In this document: piece by piece, positions 38,640 to 52,129 of the stretch
Layout of the letters: every line of letters begins with the position of its first letter
Position numbering within the stretch: position 1 is the first letter of the stretch
Origin: Azolla caroliniana
Lineage: Eukaryota; Plantae; Polypodiophyta
Assembly: GCA_043228905.1 (NCBI GenBank)
Contig: JBHGNT010000004.1
Location: 23,684,001-23,748,000 of the forward strand
DNA: 64,000 bases
Direction of reading: 5' to 3'
The notes under the pieces: generated by a model
The model's database searches: none
What the model saw: the letters and a program-made list of their open reading frames with translations, nothing else
What the model was told of the DNA's origin: nothing
Made by a program: the position numbers and the translations under genes

Positions 38640-40232
38640 TGGATGTAGCTCAGTTGGTAAGGTTGCCCAATGGAGACCAGGTGGTCATGGGATCAACTCC
38701 AACATCCCATAGTGGCATCTAGTGAATTAAGAGTATATGAAGTATAAAATAGAGAGGTTGAGGAGATTGGGTTTCAAACCCACGATGCAGTACTTGTAGT
38801 GTTAACAACTTACCACTAGGGTAAGGTACTTACGAGAGAGAGAGAGATTGAGATTATAAGAGAACAAGAGTGATAAAGAGTAGGCTAAGGGGTGAAGACT
38901 GGTGTTGAGCTGAATGAGTTCTAATGAATGAATAGACACTTATTTATAGGTCTTTATGGAGTATTTTGGAATGTTGTATAATATTTTAGATATTTAAGAT
39001 AATCATGGAATATTCTGGAATGTTTTAGAATACTCTAAATATCTTATATTAACTAATAATATAATTATTATAATTATTCATCATATATGTTACTATACTG
39101 ATTAAAGGTTTAACACAGACCAAGAAGATGTGAGTTAAAATTCATGTAAGCCAAAATGTATGTCTTCATGGTCCATTATTTCCCCTTTCCAACGACGAGT
39201 TCCATGAGTCGTAAGACAAGATTTCGGACTTGGCTGATGGGATATTTGTTGTGAAATGCAACAACCATGTCAGAGGCATTAGCAAGATTCTCGAAAGGCT
39301 CCCATGTCCATCATTAGGTGTATAACCTAACCAGTCAACTAAATAATATAGTTTGTTGTGGACGATCTTGGAGTTGAGAATGGTAACAACTTCATATTCA
39401 GAGCCATCAGAAACTTTGATTGGAGGTGGGGGAGATGTAAGGCGGCCTGGAATAGCGCTTGTTGTGTAGGGCTCCAAAACTGAAATATGGAAGACCGGGT
39501 GAAGATGCATACGAGGAGGAAGAGTAAGGCAAATGTCACATAATTGATTTTACCAGAGATCACATATGTATGGGCCAAAACGTTGATAATCCAATTTACA
39601 ACAATGTTTCGTGGTTTTAACATTACCTTGTAAGAGTCATACTCGGTCTCCCACTTGAAATTTAGTCGATGGGTCATGTCGATGATGGTCGACAACCTTC
39701 TTTTGAGTGTTTTTTAGCATCACATAAATGGTGCGAAACAATTTCTTGGATTTGGGTGAGCCGATCTATAGTAGACGAGTTTGTCAAGAGTTCAGGATGT
39801 TCAAGCATCATCCATGTGGATTATTACAACCAATGCCTATTCTTGAGAGCTCATGGAAATCTATTTCATTGGACTTCATTACAGATCTACCACCTTCCAA
39901 GGGTTTTGATGTTATTCTCACGACAATAGATTGTTTTATGAAGATGGCACATTTTCTTCCATGCCGAGTTTTGATGAATAGACACCTATTTATAGGTCTT
40001 TATGGAGTATTCTAGAATGTTCTAGAATATTAAATTAGATATTTAAGATGATTTCATGGTATATTCTAGAATGTTCTACTAATACTCTAAATGTCTTATA
40101 TTAACTAATAATATCATTATTATAACTATACATCGTATATGTTACTATAATGGTTAAAGGTTTGTAACACATAAACTGGCAAGAAGATGTGGATTTGAAT
40201 CCATGTAAGCCAAAATGTATGTCGTCATGATA
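38640..40232 (-). mobile_element. Deleted and rearranged chromovirus remnant
   Basis: LTR sequence at about 38830-39175 after the PPT GGAAAGGGGAAATAA, and at about 39966-40232. Chromodomain LHPVFHISVLEP...YEV..I..YYLVDWLGY on minus (39166-39510). Integrase fragment GLLQPMP..W.SISLDFITDLP on plus (39728-39965). Left boundary is uncertain. Confidence 0.8.
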
Positions 40233-40703
40233 GGGGTTGGCTGCCTATTGCAATTATGCTAGGTGCAATGCACAATCAAATGGGGAAATGTATGTTGGTT
40301 ATCATGGCATGCCCTAGTTGACAGGTATGAACATCAGGAGGGGGATGAATTTGCTGATAAAAACACAAGAGATTTGTTTTCCCACCATCAACAATATCCA
40401 CTCAACTCCTATTAATGTCAAAGCTCAAGTTGTGTTGGAATTGGTGAGCCCAATAACTCTTTGGATTCTATGGAAACGACGGTGTAGACGGGTCTTCTCC
40501 AACCAAACCGTGCATCAAGTAATGTTAATGAAGGAGATATGGAGTGAAGTTGTAGCCACTCTAAAGAACCAATATGATGGCCTCATAGGCAAATCCGATG
40601 GAGTAGAAAGACAACGATTAGCCTTCATCCAACAATCATGGTTGTCCTCTCCCTTTCTTGAGTCAGTGAGCATCCAAATAAGATGGAACTATCACGTCCC
40701 TAC

Positions 40704-43700
40704 TAGGGATCGGCAATGGTTCGGTTTAGGCTTAGCCGGTTTGGCCTTATCCAAGCCAAACCGGCTAAGCCTAAACTGTTTAGGGGTTTTCAAACCTGAA
40801 CCGAACCGATCCCTAAACCGGTTTGGGATAAACCGGTTTATGAACCGGCTTGGTAAACGGCTTGTAAACCGGTTTGTGAACTTCATTACACAATTCTATT
40901 ACAATTTATCATTGAACTTCATAACACAATTTATAATTGAACAATTCCCCTCCAATATGTTCCAAATGCAGAATGGTTACAAGGCTCAGAGGAAAACAAC
41001 AAGAAAACATAAAATGTGAAATGCAAGGCAAATTTAACTAATAGATAATTAAAGAAAAACAACGAGAAAAAATTGACTATTCCAAAAATGTTAACTATTC
41101 CAATAATTGATCGTCATAATTGTCCCAAGTCATAATATTCCAAAAATAATCACTTGTCCAAGTATAAGTATTCAATAACATCATCCTCGGCAATAATCTC
41201 TTCTAAATTGATATCTAAAGTATCATATGCATCATTAATATCTTCAGGAATTGGAATATTAACACTATCAAGTAGATCTATCCAAGATCGTATGCACATC
41301 TCGGCCTTGAAAGTGCATGAATGCAACCGTTGTCTATCGTCGAAGTTATCATGAGCTTTGGAGTTAGCTTCCTCTGAAGACGCTGATGAAGCTGGAATAG
41401 CCAAATAATCGCATGCCATTTTATACATCCTTGGAAAAATGGATCCGTTTCAAATCATAAAAAAAGATACTATCAAAATGTGTTCATTAATTACCAACAA
41501 TAACAAATTTGTTTAATACAACATGATGCAATATAGCTTGAAACTTGTTGGTAGACCACCAATGTAGAGGGTCTACGGAACTCTTCACTCGTGGAACCTT
41601 CAAGAAACCTTCGATTTCTGTCCGAGCTGATGATTCATGAGATTTGTCATTGTTCATATCCCAAATATCCAAAAAATCAAACGGAGATCCTTCACATGCA
41701 TCTTCAGATAGAGAATCTTCGACATTAGGATCATGATATTGGGTTGTCAAGAAACTTTGCACCAATTCTATATCGAGGTCTCTCTCAATTGGATTAGGTG
41801 GTTTTGGAATTCTACACTCAAACAAAAGACACTATTAGTAAGAAAGAAAGATTAAAAAGGGGGAATTTTCAGTTAAAAAACATTAGTACCTCGGGTCAAC
41901 AAACATTGCGATTCGAGATGGAATAGATTTCAGGGATTCTTGGTACTTGATTAGATATTGTAAGCATTTGTTACTAGCCTCTTGTTGCACTTGAAGAGTA
42001 ATCTTCTCGGAGGATGAATCAACCGAGTTCATATCCATAGAAATATATTTATTACAATGTGCTAATAAGTTGTTGAATGCAAGCGCGGCTATTGAGAGGG
42101 TCGGATACTTTGACCCACTCAAGTAATTACAAATTTTAGTAGGCACAAGCAACCATTGTTCCATACTTTGTATATGACTCCAATCTTCTATGGAGAATGT
42201 ATGGTCCACAAACTCATTAGCAATGACATTGTCACTTGTGGTACAAATCAAGACATCTCTTAATTTTGTTGATACATTATTAGGGTTGAATTGCATCTAG
42301 TAATGCAATCTACACATGGTGGTTCATGTTCTCCATTCTCATGCATGGTTTTTGAATATTTTTAAATATAGCTCTACTCACTTTACTTGTGCGTATAGAA
42401 TGTAATGTCTTCCTTAACTTCATAGTAGAAGGAGTAATAACTTCTAATGCAGACTTTACACCTAGTTGATATGTATGCACCATGTATCTTAACATATGTG
42501 ATGATTGTAAAATGTATTGTCCATGATGACAAAGTAATAACCTAGCTAATTCTTTTGATGCAACTAGAGATTCACTAGCACCGTCAGAAGTTGTAGATAG
42601 AAGACGTGAAGAGATATTAAATGATTTTAGACGGGAGAATAAAGCTTTTCCGACACGTTTTCCTACCCCATCTCCCGGAAAGACATCTAGGAAGTCTAAA
42701 AGCACACTAGCCGGCTTAGTAGACTCGAAACAAACAAAATGTAAAGTCACGGGATAAAATCCTTTCAAACTGTTGTTTGTCCACCCATCAAATGTTATAG
42801 CATATCTAAAATTTTGTGAGGACAAATAAGTAATAACTAAATGGCGAAGAACAACATACATTCGTAACACTAATCTCTTAAGTGTACGAGATGATTTAAG
42901 TTGATAAGTGGGCAAGACTTCATGCATTAATCTCTTAAAACTAGAAGACTCAATATGTGCATGAGGTAGCATTGATGTGACTATGTATCTAACAACAGTA
43001 CTATCAAACTTCTTCTCTAGAGTACGAGATATAGTTAATGTAGATGAAGTAACATCTATGTTACTTTGGACAAGAACATTGCTAGAAGTTTGTGGTTGTG
43101 ATGTGCTATTAATATTATGCTTATCTAATAAATGCTTGGCGATAGAACCTGTAGATGTAGAGCTTGCCCACATCAAGTGACAATAGGCACATCGACGCTT
43201 ATATGCATCTCCGTCCTTAATGGAGATCATGTGTTGCTCGGTCCATGAAGTTCTTTTTCTTGCCTTTGTTTTGCCTCTAGGGGCTGATATTGATGTTACC
43301 TCTTCCATATCAATGTATGTTATTGTACCTATAAAATTTTGGTTATAAAAGATAATGAATTCTTTTGAAATGTCCTACTCTAATCATGAGTTATTACATT
43401 GTGCCACATTGTGGCTCAATTTGACTATATCATTATTCATATATGTGCATAATTATATTGTGAATCTTACTTCATATATGTCTACATTGTAGACTGTAGT
43501 GACAAATTACAATGATTGTGGGTATTACTTCATATGAGCCTTGAGGTAAAGTAATTTTAAATTGACTATAGTCTGTAATATCATTATTCATATATGTGCA
43601 TAATTATATTGTGAAATTATGTGAATCTTACTTGTAGGCTTTGTAAAATAGATGGAATAAAGCACTTTGTAGGCTTGGAAGTTGGGAGTCGGGGCTGCAC

Positions 43701-43763
43701 GATGCACGCAAGCGGCAACAACAGGTCGTCGTCTTCCACTTTCTAGTATCTACTATGCAGCAG

Positions 43764-43811
<48 letters not shown>

Positions 43812-44279
43812 TCTGTGTTGATGGATTGGTCACTGTCTGTGTCGAGAGTCCTATTACCTAAGTTTGAGTCGTTTGTCTGTGTTGAGCAATGAGACTCGAG
43901 AGGCTAAAGTCTTATTACCTAATTAGTAATACCTAAGTCATCACTTTGGAGTCTGTGTGTACACAATACACCCAACATTGTAGACAATAGACTCATGACT
44001 CGTGACCACTGACTACTAGTTAGAACTTAGACTCTTGACTAATTAGAAGTTAGAACATAGACTTTAGTAATAAATTGTAGTTACTAGTAATTACTAATTA
44101 AATCACTTAAACGGCTTAGCCGGCTCAAGCCGGTTTGGCGAGGCTCAAGCCAAGCCGAGCCGAGATCAAACCGTTAAGGCAGGCTCAAGCCTAAACCGAG
44201 CCGAGCCGAGCCGCTAAGCCGTTTTCAAGCCGGCTAAGCCAAACGGTTTAGGCTTGAGCCGAGCCGTTGCCGATCCCTA
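40704..44279 (-). mobile_element. hAT DNA transposon
   Basis: TIR TAGGGATCGGCAA / TTGCCGATCCCTA, 8-bp TSD GTCCCTAC, subterminal AAACCG/AAGCCG repeats. Confidence 0.95.
41150..43308 (-). pseudogene. hAT transposase, frameshifted
   Basis: BED finger (CAYC...HLLDKH), ITFDGWT, TTSDGAS, YPTLS, and dimerisation region MACDYLAIPASSASSE. The DCITR(C)NST motif near 42280-42310 is out of frame with both flanking ORFs. Confidence 0.85.
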
Positions 44280-44447
44280 GTCCCTACATGGATTTGTATA
44301 TAACACTCTCATCTATAAAATTTTATATGTAATGGAAAGAGTTTTCTTTTGAAAAAAAAAGCATGATTGGTATGAGTTAGGCAACTAGGTAAAATAAATT
44401 ATTTTTTCTCATAATAAAAGAGTACAATTTAAAACCTTATGTTTGGG

Positions 44448-44690
44448 TAGGGATCGATAACAGCTCGGCTCAAGCCTAAACCGTTTAGCTAAACCGGCTT
44501 AGCGGCTCATCTCGGTTTAGGCTTGAGCCTACCTAAACGGTTTGAGCTCGATTCGGCTTGGCTTGAGCCTTGCCAAACCGGCTCAAACCGGTTAAGCCGT
44601 TTATGTTATTTAAGAATTAGGGTTTAGAAAGTTAGAATTAGTCAGTTAGAAGTTAGAACTTGAAAGTTGATAGAGAGACTAACAGGAAGC
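44448..44690. mobile_element. Second, diverged hAT end, inverted relative to the 44100-44279 end
   Basis: TAGGGATCGATAACAGCTCGGCTCAAGCCTAAACCGTTT is the reverse complement of the right end of the neighbouring hAT. No partner end found. Confidence 0.8.
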
Positions 44691-44849
44691 CATAGGCAAT
44701 AGATTGTTGAGTGACAAGAGAGGGAGGGATAGAGAGGGAGAGGGAGAGGGAATTATAATTTTTTTATCTTCCATAAAGAGGCCAAATTTGACCTATGGGA
44801 CCAAAATATACATGTGTTCTTGATATGTGTCCCCTTCCTATGAAGGGGT

Positions 44850-45731
44850 ATTCATACATTGAAGCACAAAGTCTCTTTGTGTGAATAAATCATACACATA
44901 TTATGAGCTCAACCTTCTCGGTGGTGTCTTATGTATGGGCACTTAAGTTATCACTCCCTCTTAGTATGTCAGCATATCTTGCATGAATTGCACTATATGT
45001 CGAGCATGTGAAGAGCAAGTGACATTCATACTCTACCATGCCTTCATTGCATACCTTACATGTCTTCAAATTAGTTACATTTTGATACCATGATGCAACT
45101 TCAATACCTAACTTGTGAGATCAAGTGTGAAGTAGTGTAAGGGCTCTACGAGCATTACTACTCATATTGGTAATGAGCTTTATAGACATTATTGCGTTAT
45201 ATTATTGCGACTTTAATATAATCAATAGACATTATTGCGTTATATTGAGACCAACATTCAAGGTTGACCTTTGCAATGTAATATTCTAGCTTTGTCCTCT
45301 TAGCATCTTCCCACTTCATCCTTAATGATTCCACCAACCTTTCCTCAATCACTACATATTGCATAGCATTGCCCGAAAGCTCTAAAAGATCATCCAAACC
45401 CCATCTTCTAAACCATTTCCTTATGTCAACAACCCAACTGGATGAGAGAATTTTACTTCTATGATTCTTTTGTAGCTTACATCCAGCATTCCAAGCAAGA
45501 TGTGGAATCGATGATTCGGCATATTCTTGACTTTTGTAATGTATTTATATACTCTTTGGAGTGCCAATAGTTCTATGGGTCAAACACTTGTTTCCAAGAG
45601 CATAACCTAGTAAGAGGTAGTGCATTTAACTCCTAATTGCCTCCTTAAAAACATCTTTTGAATTTTCTCAATCTCATTCCATGCATTAAGAGAGATGGTG
45701 CCACCCAATACTTCTACTCCATAAAGGAGCT
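44850..45731 (-). mobile_element. Degenerate RTE-like LINE 3' fragment
   Basis: Minus strand reads LLYGVEVLGGTISLNAWNEIEKIQKMFLRRQLGVK...MLLET, a post-RT non-LTR motif, with stops. Confidence 0.65.
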
Positions 45732-48700
45732 ATTTTTCACCAAATTTCTTATTTTATAGTAATTAAAAAGCAAGCAAAAACATAGTTCAAACCTTGCTTT
45801 GAGCCACAAAAATGTAAGTATTGTTATTTTGTGAAAATTTAAAAAAACACAAGCTCAGACTTTGTAGTTTGACTATCGTTTGTTTTTCATTTCTTGTACT
45901 TAGAAAAGGGACGTCAAACCATGTGTCGTAAACTCAAAGCAAGAGCTAGTGTATCTATCTGTTTTCTTGCCTATTCAAATTGACAAAAGGATTAAATATA
46001 ATTAAACATTAGTTCACACCTTGTTATGTGTGGAAACCTAAGTTTTTCCTCGTATTACCCAAATATTCTCATGAATTCATATTGCGTGCTCAACCACCGA
46101 ACGCGAGTTTTTTCATAATGTCAACGTGCCTCATGTATTTATCTAAATTCAATCCTTATAGGTCGCGTTTTTTTAATGTCACTCGTGTATCATGTATTTT
46201 TGAAAATGTCTATCATTGTTTATAAATGCCAAATTTAATAATATGATTAGGAGATATGTAGTTGAACATGAAATGTAAAGATTTAGGATCCAAAGTGTAT
46301 CACAAATGTCTCGAGGATAACAAGATTAATAGTATGATTACGAGAGTGCATGGCTCGACATGGTATGTAACAATATAGATGTTTATGGATATGACTTGGA
46401 TGTGTAATAAAACTCTCATGAAAATTGTATGATTAAGAGAATGCATGCATTTGCATGGGTCCTCTCATGTGAGGGTATAAGTCATTATGGGTATATCCAT
46501 AAGCATACCATGAATTGGCCACATTAAAGAACAAGCAAACTTTTTAATACTTGCCACATCATGGAAAAAAGCTCACCACTCCAATTATAAGTTTGCTTGT
46601 CACTTGCTCATGGAATGAATATATCTAAGAAAACTTTACACAATACCTATATTAAAAGGCTACAACTTGCACAATTTTACTTCCAATATCTAAAAGAAGA
46701 GACAAGTGAGCAATTTCAAAAGAAAACATGGAAATTTTCTTTGTAACGTGCATCTCATGTATTTGTGAAACTTAGAAATCAATTCGTCATCGTTATAACT
46801 TATAAGATACTTACTAATCATGGATGCTTTTTTATTATAATTGTTCCTTTTAAATAGACAAGACCTATTACACAGCTTGCACTAACTACTTGCTAGTCAT
46901 GCCTATGAATGCGTTTATTATAGTTGGGACTCTACATTGCCATTATCCCATTCGCCCATGATTTTAATATATTAGCATGAAACACCATTAACACACATGT
47001 ATTGGGTCATTAACTTTGTTTTGTATTCTCCGCATGTAAACGTTTTTCGTGGTAATATTATCACCCCAATAAACTTTGCTTACCTCATTATTGGCTATAT
47101 CATTATTATATCTTTGAGATATACAACATGAAAGTTTGTTGCACGACATGTTGCAAAGTTCTTGTACATGCATTAAAGTCGCCAAAAAGTAACATCTCCC
47201 TTGGCTTTGAAGTGAGCTAACAACTTTGATGCCTCTCTAAACAATCATAAAGGTAAATATATGGATGAAGAATGTAACATCTTGCTTTCCCCTTGGCTTT
47301 GAAGTAAGCATTTTCTTATTATATGTTGATAAATGTGTATGTCCATCCAAACAAGCATAAAAGTTGGAATAAAAATGTTTATGAGTGTAGCGTCTTACTA
47401 TAAGAAGTGACACTATTTTAACCTAATTTTAATGTTTATGTTCATAATCTTCGACCAAATAAACAAAAAATATTACAATGCAATTTTAATTAAACATGTC
47501 AACTTGCTTCTCTTCATTGCCTTCAAATGTTTGTTTCATATTAACAAGTTTGCATTGTATTTGTCCATATATTGAATCCTTTTAGCATCACATACTAAAA
47601 TTTCAACAAGATGTACATCTTATTCATTGGTTACCTCATCTATTTGCGAACTCTATGTTCCCTAATTGTCCTTTGCAAATTCAAAAGCATAATTGTAGAA
47701 GTCGTGAATTAGATTGATACATCTTGTGTTATTATTTGTTGAGAAAGAGAGACAATCGACCTAAGTTGAGATGGGTTTGTCAACTGTTTGGTGCCCACGA
47801 GGATATTAGTATTTTTTTTCCCAAAAAAGGAACTACTTTCCCATTAGTTAGGATATTTTTACAAAAAAATAAAACAAGAAATCGGGGAATCACCCCTTGC
47901 CTGAGGTCAAGAATATGAGATTGCGTACATATGATATCCTCTCTTACTTTCTACATAATGTACATAGAATAGCTATCTAGAACTATAACCTAGTGGCATT
48001 GGCCTTCAACGGAGGGAGGGTGGGAGGTGTCATAGACATATGCCACGCCACGACGGAAGGTAGGGATCGAACCCAAGACCTCCTGATCACCATTGGGCAA
48101 CCCTTCCAACTAAGCTACTCTACACATGCTTGTATAAAATCCAGCTTCATGTATGGTAGATTGAACATTGGAAGTTCCTAGCTTGCATGAGAGCCAGATC
48201 GACATGAGATGTATAATACATAGTTGAAAAGAAGCCATCCTCATGCATTCTCTATTCCTAGCTTGCATGCATCCTCATGCATTCTCTATTTCTAACTGGC
48301 ATACATACCTCTACCTTCTTGTATAAATACTCAGGTGCACCTTGATTCTAATAAAGGTGAACAACACCAGTTACGGAATCATAAGTTAAGTTCTTGTTCT
48401 TTTTCTCTCTCCTAGTTCTTAGTCTTGTCTTGTTTCTACTCTATTATACTTGTCCGTGACAATTTGTTCACCTTCCCCTCTTCTTGCTACCATGTTCAAC
48501 TCCGTCGACAACTTAAACCAAGTAATGGCAGCCTTGAAACAACTTCAACTTGAAAATGAAGTCATGCGGGAATCATTACGAGAGCTTCAATCTGGCACAT
48601 CAAGAAACCCACCTCCTACCGAGCCACAACCGTCGTCAGCACCTAGCCCAATCACTTCGTCTTCCTATCCATATGTCCTTGAACCAACCTTCAGCCTACC

Positions 48701-51064
48701 CGACAAATTCAACAGCACGAGGGCGCATCTTCTCGGCTTCATCAATCAAATTTGGCTTATCATATGTTTACAACCCCAACGGTATGCTAACAAATTTTTT
48801 TGGATCGGCCTCGTCGACACCCTTCTCTCCGAGCTGGCGCAAGCGTGGTTTGCACCCTTGGTCGAGACCTCATCCCCTCTCTTAGAAAACTTCACTGCTT
48901 TCCTTGCTGAGCTCGAAGCTACGTTCGGCGAGACAAACCGACGATGAACGACACTCATGAAGCTCCATTCCTTCCAACAAGGCTCACGTCCAACCTCTAT
49001 CTACGCTTCAGAGTTCCGTCAGATTGCCTGCGATGTCAATTGGGATGACCAAACCTTATGTGACCATTTTCGTCGTGGTCTCTAAAACGATGTCAAGACT
49101 CTTCTCTTAAACTTTCTGGAGCCCACATCATTGTCTCAAGTAATCTCCCAACCCGTCTAGTGTGATAATCTTCTGTTCAAACTTCGTCAAGAAGAACGTG
49201 GGACTCGCAGGTTTCAGTCTTCCTCCCGAAATACAATAATAGCCAGGCCCTACGTCTCAGTGTCGCCCCCCACGCCAACCTTACAATCATTAGTGATACT
49301 CATACTACGATGGAGATTGACTCCCATACCTCGATGGAGATCAACCACGCTCGGTTCCAACCACTAACTAATGCCCAATGCCAACATCGTCGTGACAATG
49401 GCCTCTGTCTCTATTGGTAACACCGGCCATGTTTGTGCACGTCTTGCAGAGGTTCCTCGACAACACGAAAACGATGGGAAATGACCAAGTTCGGTTGTAG
49501 TAGGAGCCATGTCGTTGGACGCTTCCCGTTACCCACGTTCTCCATGCTCCTACAATTCTGTTCCGCCATTAGGAGGGTTTGCTTTGCAAGTAAGTCTTTG
49601 TTTTGGGCCGACTTCTGCAATACACTCTCATGCTTTGCTCAACTCTAAAGCATCTACTTGTTTTATCAATATATCGTTTGTCCATGCATATAATATCCCC
49701 ACGGTCCGCACATCACAACCCATATATGTTGAAGCGATCGACGACTGAGTTCTCTCTTCGGGAGCGGTTACATTAGTCACTATCACGTTGGTTGGAGACA
49801 CACAATCTGACAGTGGATTGGTGCAACCGCTCCATCACTTTTCCAGTGTGGCTGATTCTAGCTTGGTCGTTACACTTACCCTTTTGTCACGGGACATCTC
49901 CATTCTTGTCAACAATTTGGCCGCATGATATAGCGACTTTTCCGATATATTCGAGAAGCGAAATGTAGATCGATTACCGGCACATCACCCCCACGATTGG
50001 GTAATCAAGCTCCAAGCTGGCAAGCATTCACCATTCAACCCTATCTATGGGCTATCTAAACCCGAACTTGAGGCTCTCTACACATATCTGGCTAACAACC
50101 TCAAAAAGGGCTTCATTCAACCCTCCAAATCACCGGCCGCGGCCCCAATTTTATTTGTCAAGAAGAAGGATGGCTCATTACCCCTATGTGTGAATTATCG
50201 GGGTCTCAACAAAGTTACGATGTGTAATCTATATCTCTTGCCCTTAATTCCACCGCTCCTCGACCAACTCTGAACCAGGCGTATCTTCTCCAAAATCGAC
50301 ATGTGGGGGAGCCTACAATTTGGTGCGCACCAAGCCTGGGGACGAGTGGAAAACGGCCTTTCAAATGCGTTATGGGCATTTTGAGTACAAGGTGATGCCT
50401 TTCAGTCTTACCAATGCCCCAATGGTCTTCCAACACATGATGAATGATATATTTCGAGAGTACCTCGATCACTTTGTGGTAATCTACCTTAACGATATCC
50501 TAGTTTTTTCTTCCAACTTAGAGGGGCACACACCACACGTCTGGTTGGTTCTAACCAAATATCGGGAATATGGGCTTTATGCCAAAAGTGAGAAATGCAA
50601 ATTTGATCGAACCTCTGTCAAATTCCTGGGTTACATGATCTCACCCACCGGGATCACAATGGATGTGTGCAAGGTAGCAGCAATCAACGATTGGCCTCTC
50701 CCGACTCAATGAAAGAGGTACAATCATTTCTTGGTTTCACAAATTTCTATAGACGATTTATAGACGGGTTTTCTGCCCTCCTGCAACCTCTCATCCAACT
50801 TACTCCATTTCTCTGGACCCCTGCGGCACACAATGCTTTTGATGCCCTCAAAGAAACTTTTCTCCCAGTCCTAGTGTTGGTCCACTCCGACCCCACGAGA
50901 CCGTTCCAGGTTGAAACCGACGGCTCCGACTTCACGATTGGTGTGGTCCTGTCCTAGCCAGATGACGATGGCACACCCACTACATCCGGTTGCCTTCTAT
51001 TCATGGAAGTTTGCAGCTCTGTTGGATTTGTTGGATTTCTATCTAACGTGCCAATCTGTACGAA

Positions 51065-51137
51065 TGGAGACAATTGGACTTGAACTGATAACTCCATACT
51101 TGCAAAATATGTGTTCTACCGATTGAACTACGCCCCC
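51065..51137 (-). pseudogene. trnA: tRNA-Ala(UGC), intron-less, probably mitochondrial-derived
   Basis: GGGGGCGTAGTTCAATCGGTAGAACACATATTTTGCAAGTATGGAGTTATCAGTTCAAGTCCAATTGTCTCCA: 73 nt, cloverleaf-compatible, TGC anticodon, G3-U70 pair, some mismatches. Confidence 0.75.
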
Positions 51138-51151
51138 ATCCTCGTTCCATA

Positions 51152-51409
51152 TAGCAATGGGCCTGGTTTCATCTTAAATCGAACCGAACAGTTAAACCAT
51201 GGTTTAAAGGTTTATAATGTCCAAAATAATTAAATGGTTTGGTTTGGTTTTAATTAATAATAAACAGTTCGGTGTCAATTCAGTTTGGTTTTGAAACTAG
51301 GGTTTATAGGTTTTTGGGCTATCTTTTTTTATCCATTAAATGTTTATGTAATTTAATGGTTTAATTCACTTAAATTAATTGTTTATATAATCTAATGGCT
51401 CAATTAATC

Positions 51410-51488
<79 letters not shown>

Positions 51489-51690
51489 CTTATTTATTTA
51501 AACATAAATGCTTATTTAATTTTGTGTATTTTTATTTAATTAATTTTTTAATTAGCTTGGCTTAAATGTGGTTAGGTTTAAACTTTTATTAAATGGTTTG
51601 GTTTAAATGTTCGAATGTTCATAAACGGTTTGGTTTGGTTGCAAGGCACCGAAACCGAACCGAACCGAAACTGAGCCGGGCCCATTGCTA
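51152..51690. mobile_element. hAT-type MITE with internal (TTTA)n
   Basis: TIR TAGCAATGGGCC / GGCCCATTGCTA, 8-bp TSD GTTCCATA, AACCG subterminal repeats. Confidence 0.92.
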
Positions 51691-51789
51691 GTTCCATATG
51701 CAACACGTATTATATGGGCAAACATTGCTTGCTTGTTGTGGGAGGAACTATATGTTTATACGTGCATGCGTGGGTGCGTGCATGCCTCC

Positions 51790-51976
51790 CTTTCAAATAA
51801 ATCTAAGGGGTAAGCTACGTATGTGATGTATTGGTTGTCTTCTCCTGCAACAGGTTCGATGTCATAGCATCTACCTTTGTAAGAGTCAAGAATGGTAAGT
51901 CCATCTGTCCATACGGTGGTCCATGTACTTGTAGAAGATTCCGCAGCTACCGTAGCTCCAACCTCTTTAGCGGTTC
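51790..51976 (-). pseudogene. rbcL: Plastid rbcL fragment (about residues 50-110)
   Basis: [50 protein letters not shown]. Confidence 0.93.
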
Positions 51977-52129
51977 CAAAAAGTAACAGGCTTTCGTTAT
52001 CTCCACTTTCCTTATGAGATGAGGTGAGGAACCCCTGCCAGTTGATAGAAAAAAGCATGTCATATGCTTTGACATCTACCTTAATTTTCCATAACAGAGC
52101 TGAATGAATACAGATGTTCACGTTCGATT

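Larger units (their letters stand above)
40233..44360 (+). mobile_element. L1-like LINE 3' fragment, interrupted by a hAT element
   Basis: LELVSPITLWILWKRRCRRVFSNQ closely matches 60427-60800; the sequence resumes after 44279 and ends in an A-run at about 44352-44360. Confidence 0.8.

Noticed and set aside
40318-41019. 233-aa ORF as a novel gene
   Set aside because: Chance read-through from the LINE C-terminus into hAT subterminal repeats.
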